Source of the DNA: an uncultured Chloroflexia bacterium
GTDB lineage: Bacteria; Chloroflexota; Limnocylindria; QHBO01
Reading direction: 5' to 3'
Assembly (NCBI GenBank): GCA_963827475.1
Contig: CAWHAZ010000005.1
Coordinates: forward strand, 224,001 to 288,000
DNA length: 64,000 nt
This document shows positions 62,791-64,000 of this stretch, in pieces. Numbering within the stretch: the first letter of the stretch is position 1; each line of letters starts with the position of its first letter. The translations under genes and the position numbers were made by a program. A model generated the notes under the pieces. That model worked only from the letters and a program-made list of their open reading frames with translations. It made no database searches and had not been told where the DNA came from.

Positions 62791-64000
62791 GTGCTCGCCT
62801 CCCGTGACTCCCGCCTGCCCATCCGCCGTCGGCTGCTGACCATCGCCGTCTCCGTCAGCCTCCTGACCGGAAGCCTGGCGACAGGGTGGCCGTCCGCGGG
62901 GCCGGACACCGTCCGGGCGCTCAGCCGCGAACGTCGTCATCAGCCGAGCTGCTATGACGGAGGGCAGCAACACGCGCGCCGCGACCTACACCGGCACGAC
63001 TCGACGATGGAGTTCGTTCAAGCCGCGGCAAGCGACACCACGTAACGCTCACCGGCTGGTACACCGTCGACAGTACGCGAGTCCGACCGGCAACTGACGC
63101 GCGTTCTGGACCAGCGGAACGTCAGCCACCGTCGGCGTCTTTACGCGCTCCGATCCCGATCCAGGCGGCGTACCTCCTGGCGAGACATCGCTCGGCGCGT
63201 GGCAGTCGGCTACCGCCTGCCGATCGCCTGGACTTCACACGCCAACGACGCCAATCCATGACCGCGGCACGGCGGGCAAGGTCGATCGTCGACTCAATCC
63301 GTGGCCACCGGTCGGTGCGACCGACGGCAACAACGCTGCAGACGCCACTCAATCCGGCACCATCGATCGATCTCGCTCCGGCAACGCCAACTTCTTCGAG
63401 GGCGCCAGGACCGGCCCCGACGCTGTCGAATACGACCGTCGGCCTTCCGAACGACGGCGGTTGCACTGACGACTGACGACAACAGCGCGGACTTCACTGC
63501 CGCGACCCCGAGCGCCCGCAACTCGTCGAGCGCGCTCCACTCGTGCACGCCGAGCGTGAGCCTGTCGATCAACGACGTCTCAGCGGCCGAAGGCAACTCG
63601 GGAACCAGCACGTTTGGCTTCACCGTCAGCCTGTCCGCCCCGCCGGTCCGGGCGGCGTGACATTCGACATCGCGACCGCCGACGGCAGCGCGATGATCGC
63701 CGACAACGACTACGTCGCGAACTCGCTGACCGGCCAGACGATTCCCGCGGGCAATTCGACCTACAGTTCTCGCGTCACGGTCAACGGTGATACCGACGCT
63801 CGAGGGCGACGAGGTCTTCTTCGTCAACGTCACAACGTGACCGGCGCGACCATCGTCGACGGCCAGGGCACGGGCACGATCATCGACGAGGAGACATGCG
63901 GCGCTGCCGGCGACGTTCATCCACGATGTCCAGGGCTCCGGCTCGACCACGCCGATCCCGGGCACCGTCGTTACGATCGAGGGAATCGTCGTCGGCGACT
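62791..64000 (+). CDS. Secreted ExeM/NucH-like extracellular nuclease N-terminus (lamin-tail-like, Calx-beta, OB-fold start); heavily frameshifted, 3'-truncated
   Basis: Signal peptide; NVVIS; TDDNSADF..PSARNS; SINDVSAAEGNSGTSTFGFTVSLS; terminal IHDVQGSGSTTPIPGTVVTIEGIVVGD. Confidence 0.65.

Overview
High-GC bacterial DNA, probably from a monoderm lineage (Chloroflexota-like is an inference from LCP proteins, PPIase-mazG synteny and leaderless TANNNT promoters). It looks like an unpolished long-read assembly, with many single-base frameshifts, including in core genes. Bases ~1-44.6 kb form a large surface-glycan region interleaved with housekeeping genes. It carries an NDP-sugar dehydrogenase, GT2/GT4 glycosyltransferases, a priming sugar transferase, an O-antigen-ligase/Wzy-like protein, two LCP transferases flanking a diguanylate cyclase, rfbB and wzm. 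It also has a module resembling the Bordetella wbm O-antigen genes (methyltransferase, unknown gene, amidotransferase, WbmG/H-like, WbmF-like) with three paralogs of an unannotated GT-like family. A metK / divergent metE / divergent metF block and a lower-GC ~9 kb island with a lipid-linked sugar decoration cassette follow, and two tRNA-Pro genes lie at 6.2 and 44.6 kb. The rest encodes transporters, a secreted Pro-rich protein coupled to a GGDEF-EAL sensor, panG-panC-panB, a nickel transporter divergent from an atypical arginase-family hydrolase, and a divergent phosphodiesterase / ExeM-NucH-like nuclease pair. The best candidates for new biology are the wbm-like glycan system in an LCP-using cell, the GT-like paralog family, the island cassette, the Ni-transporter/ureohydrolase pair, the MetE lacking its Glu zinc ligand, and PucR-family control of glnA.
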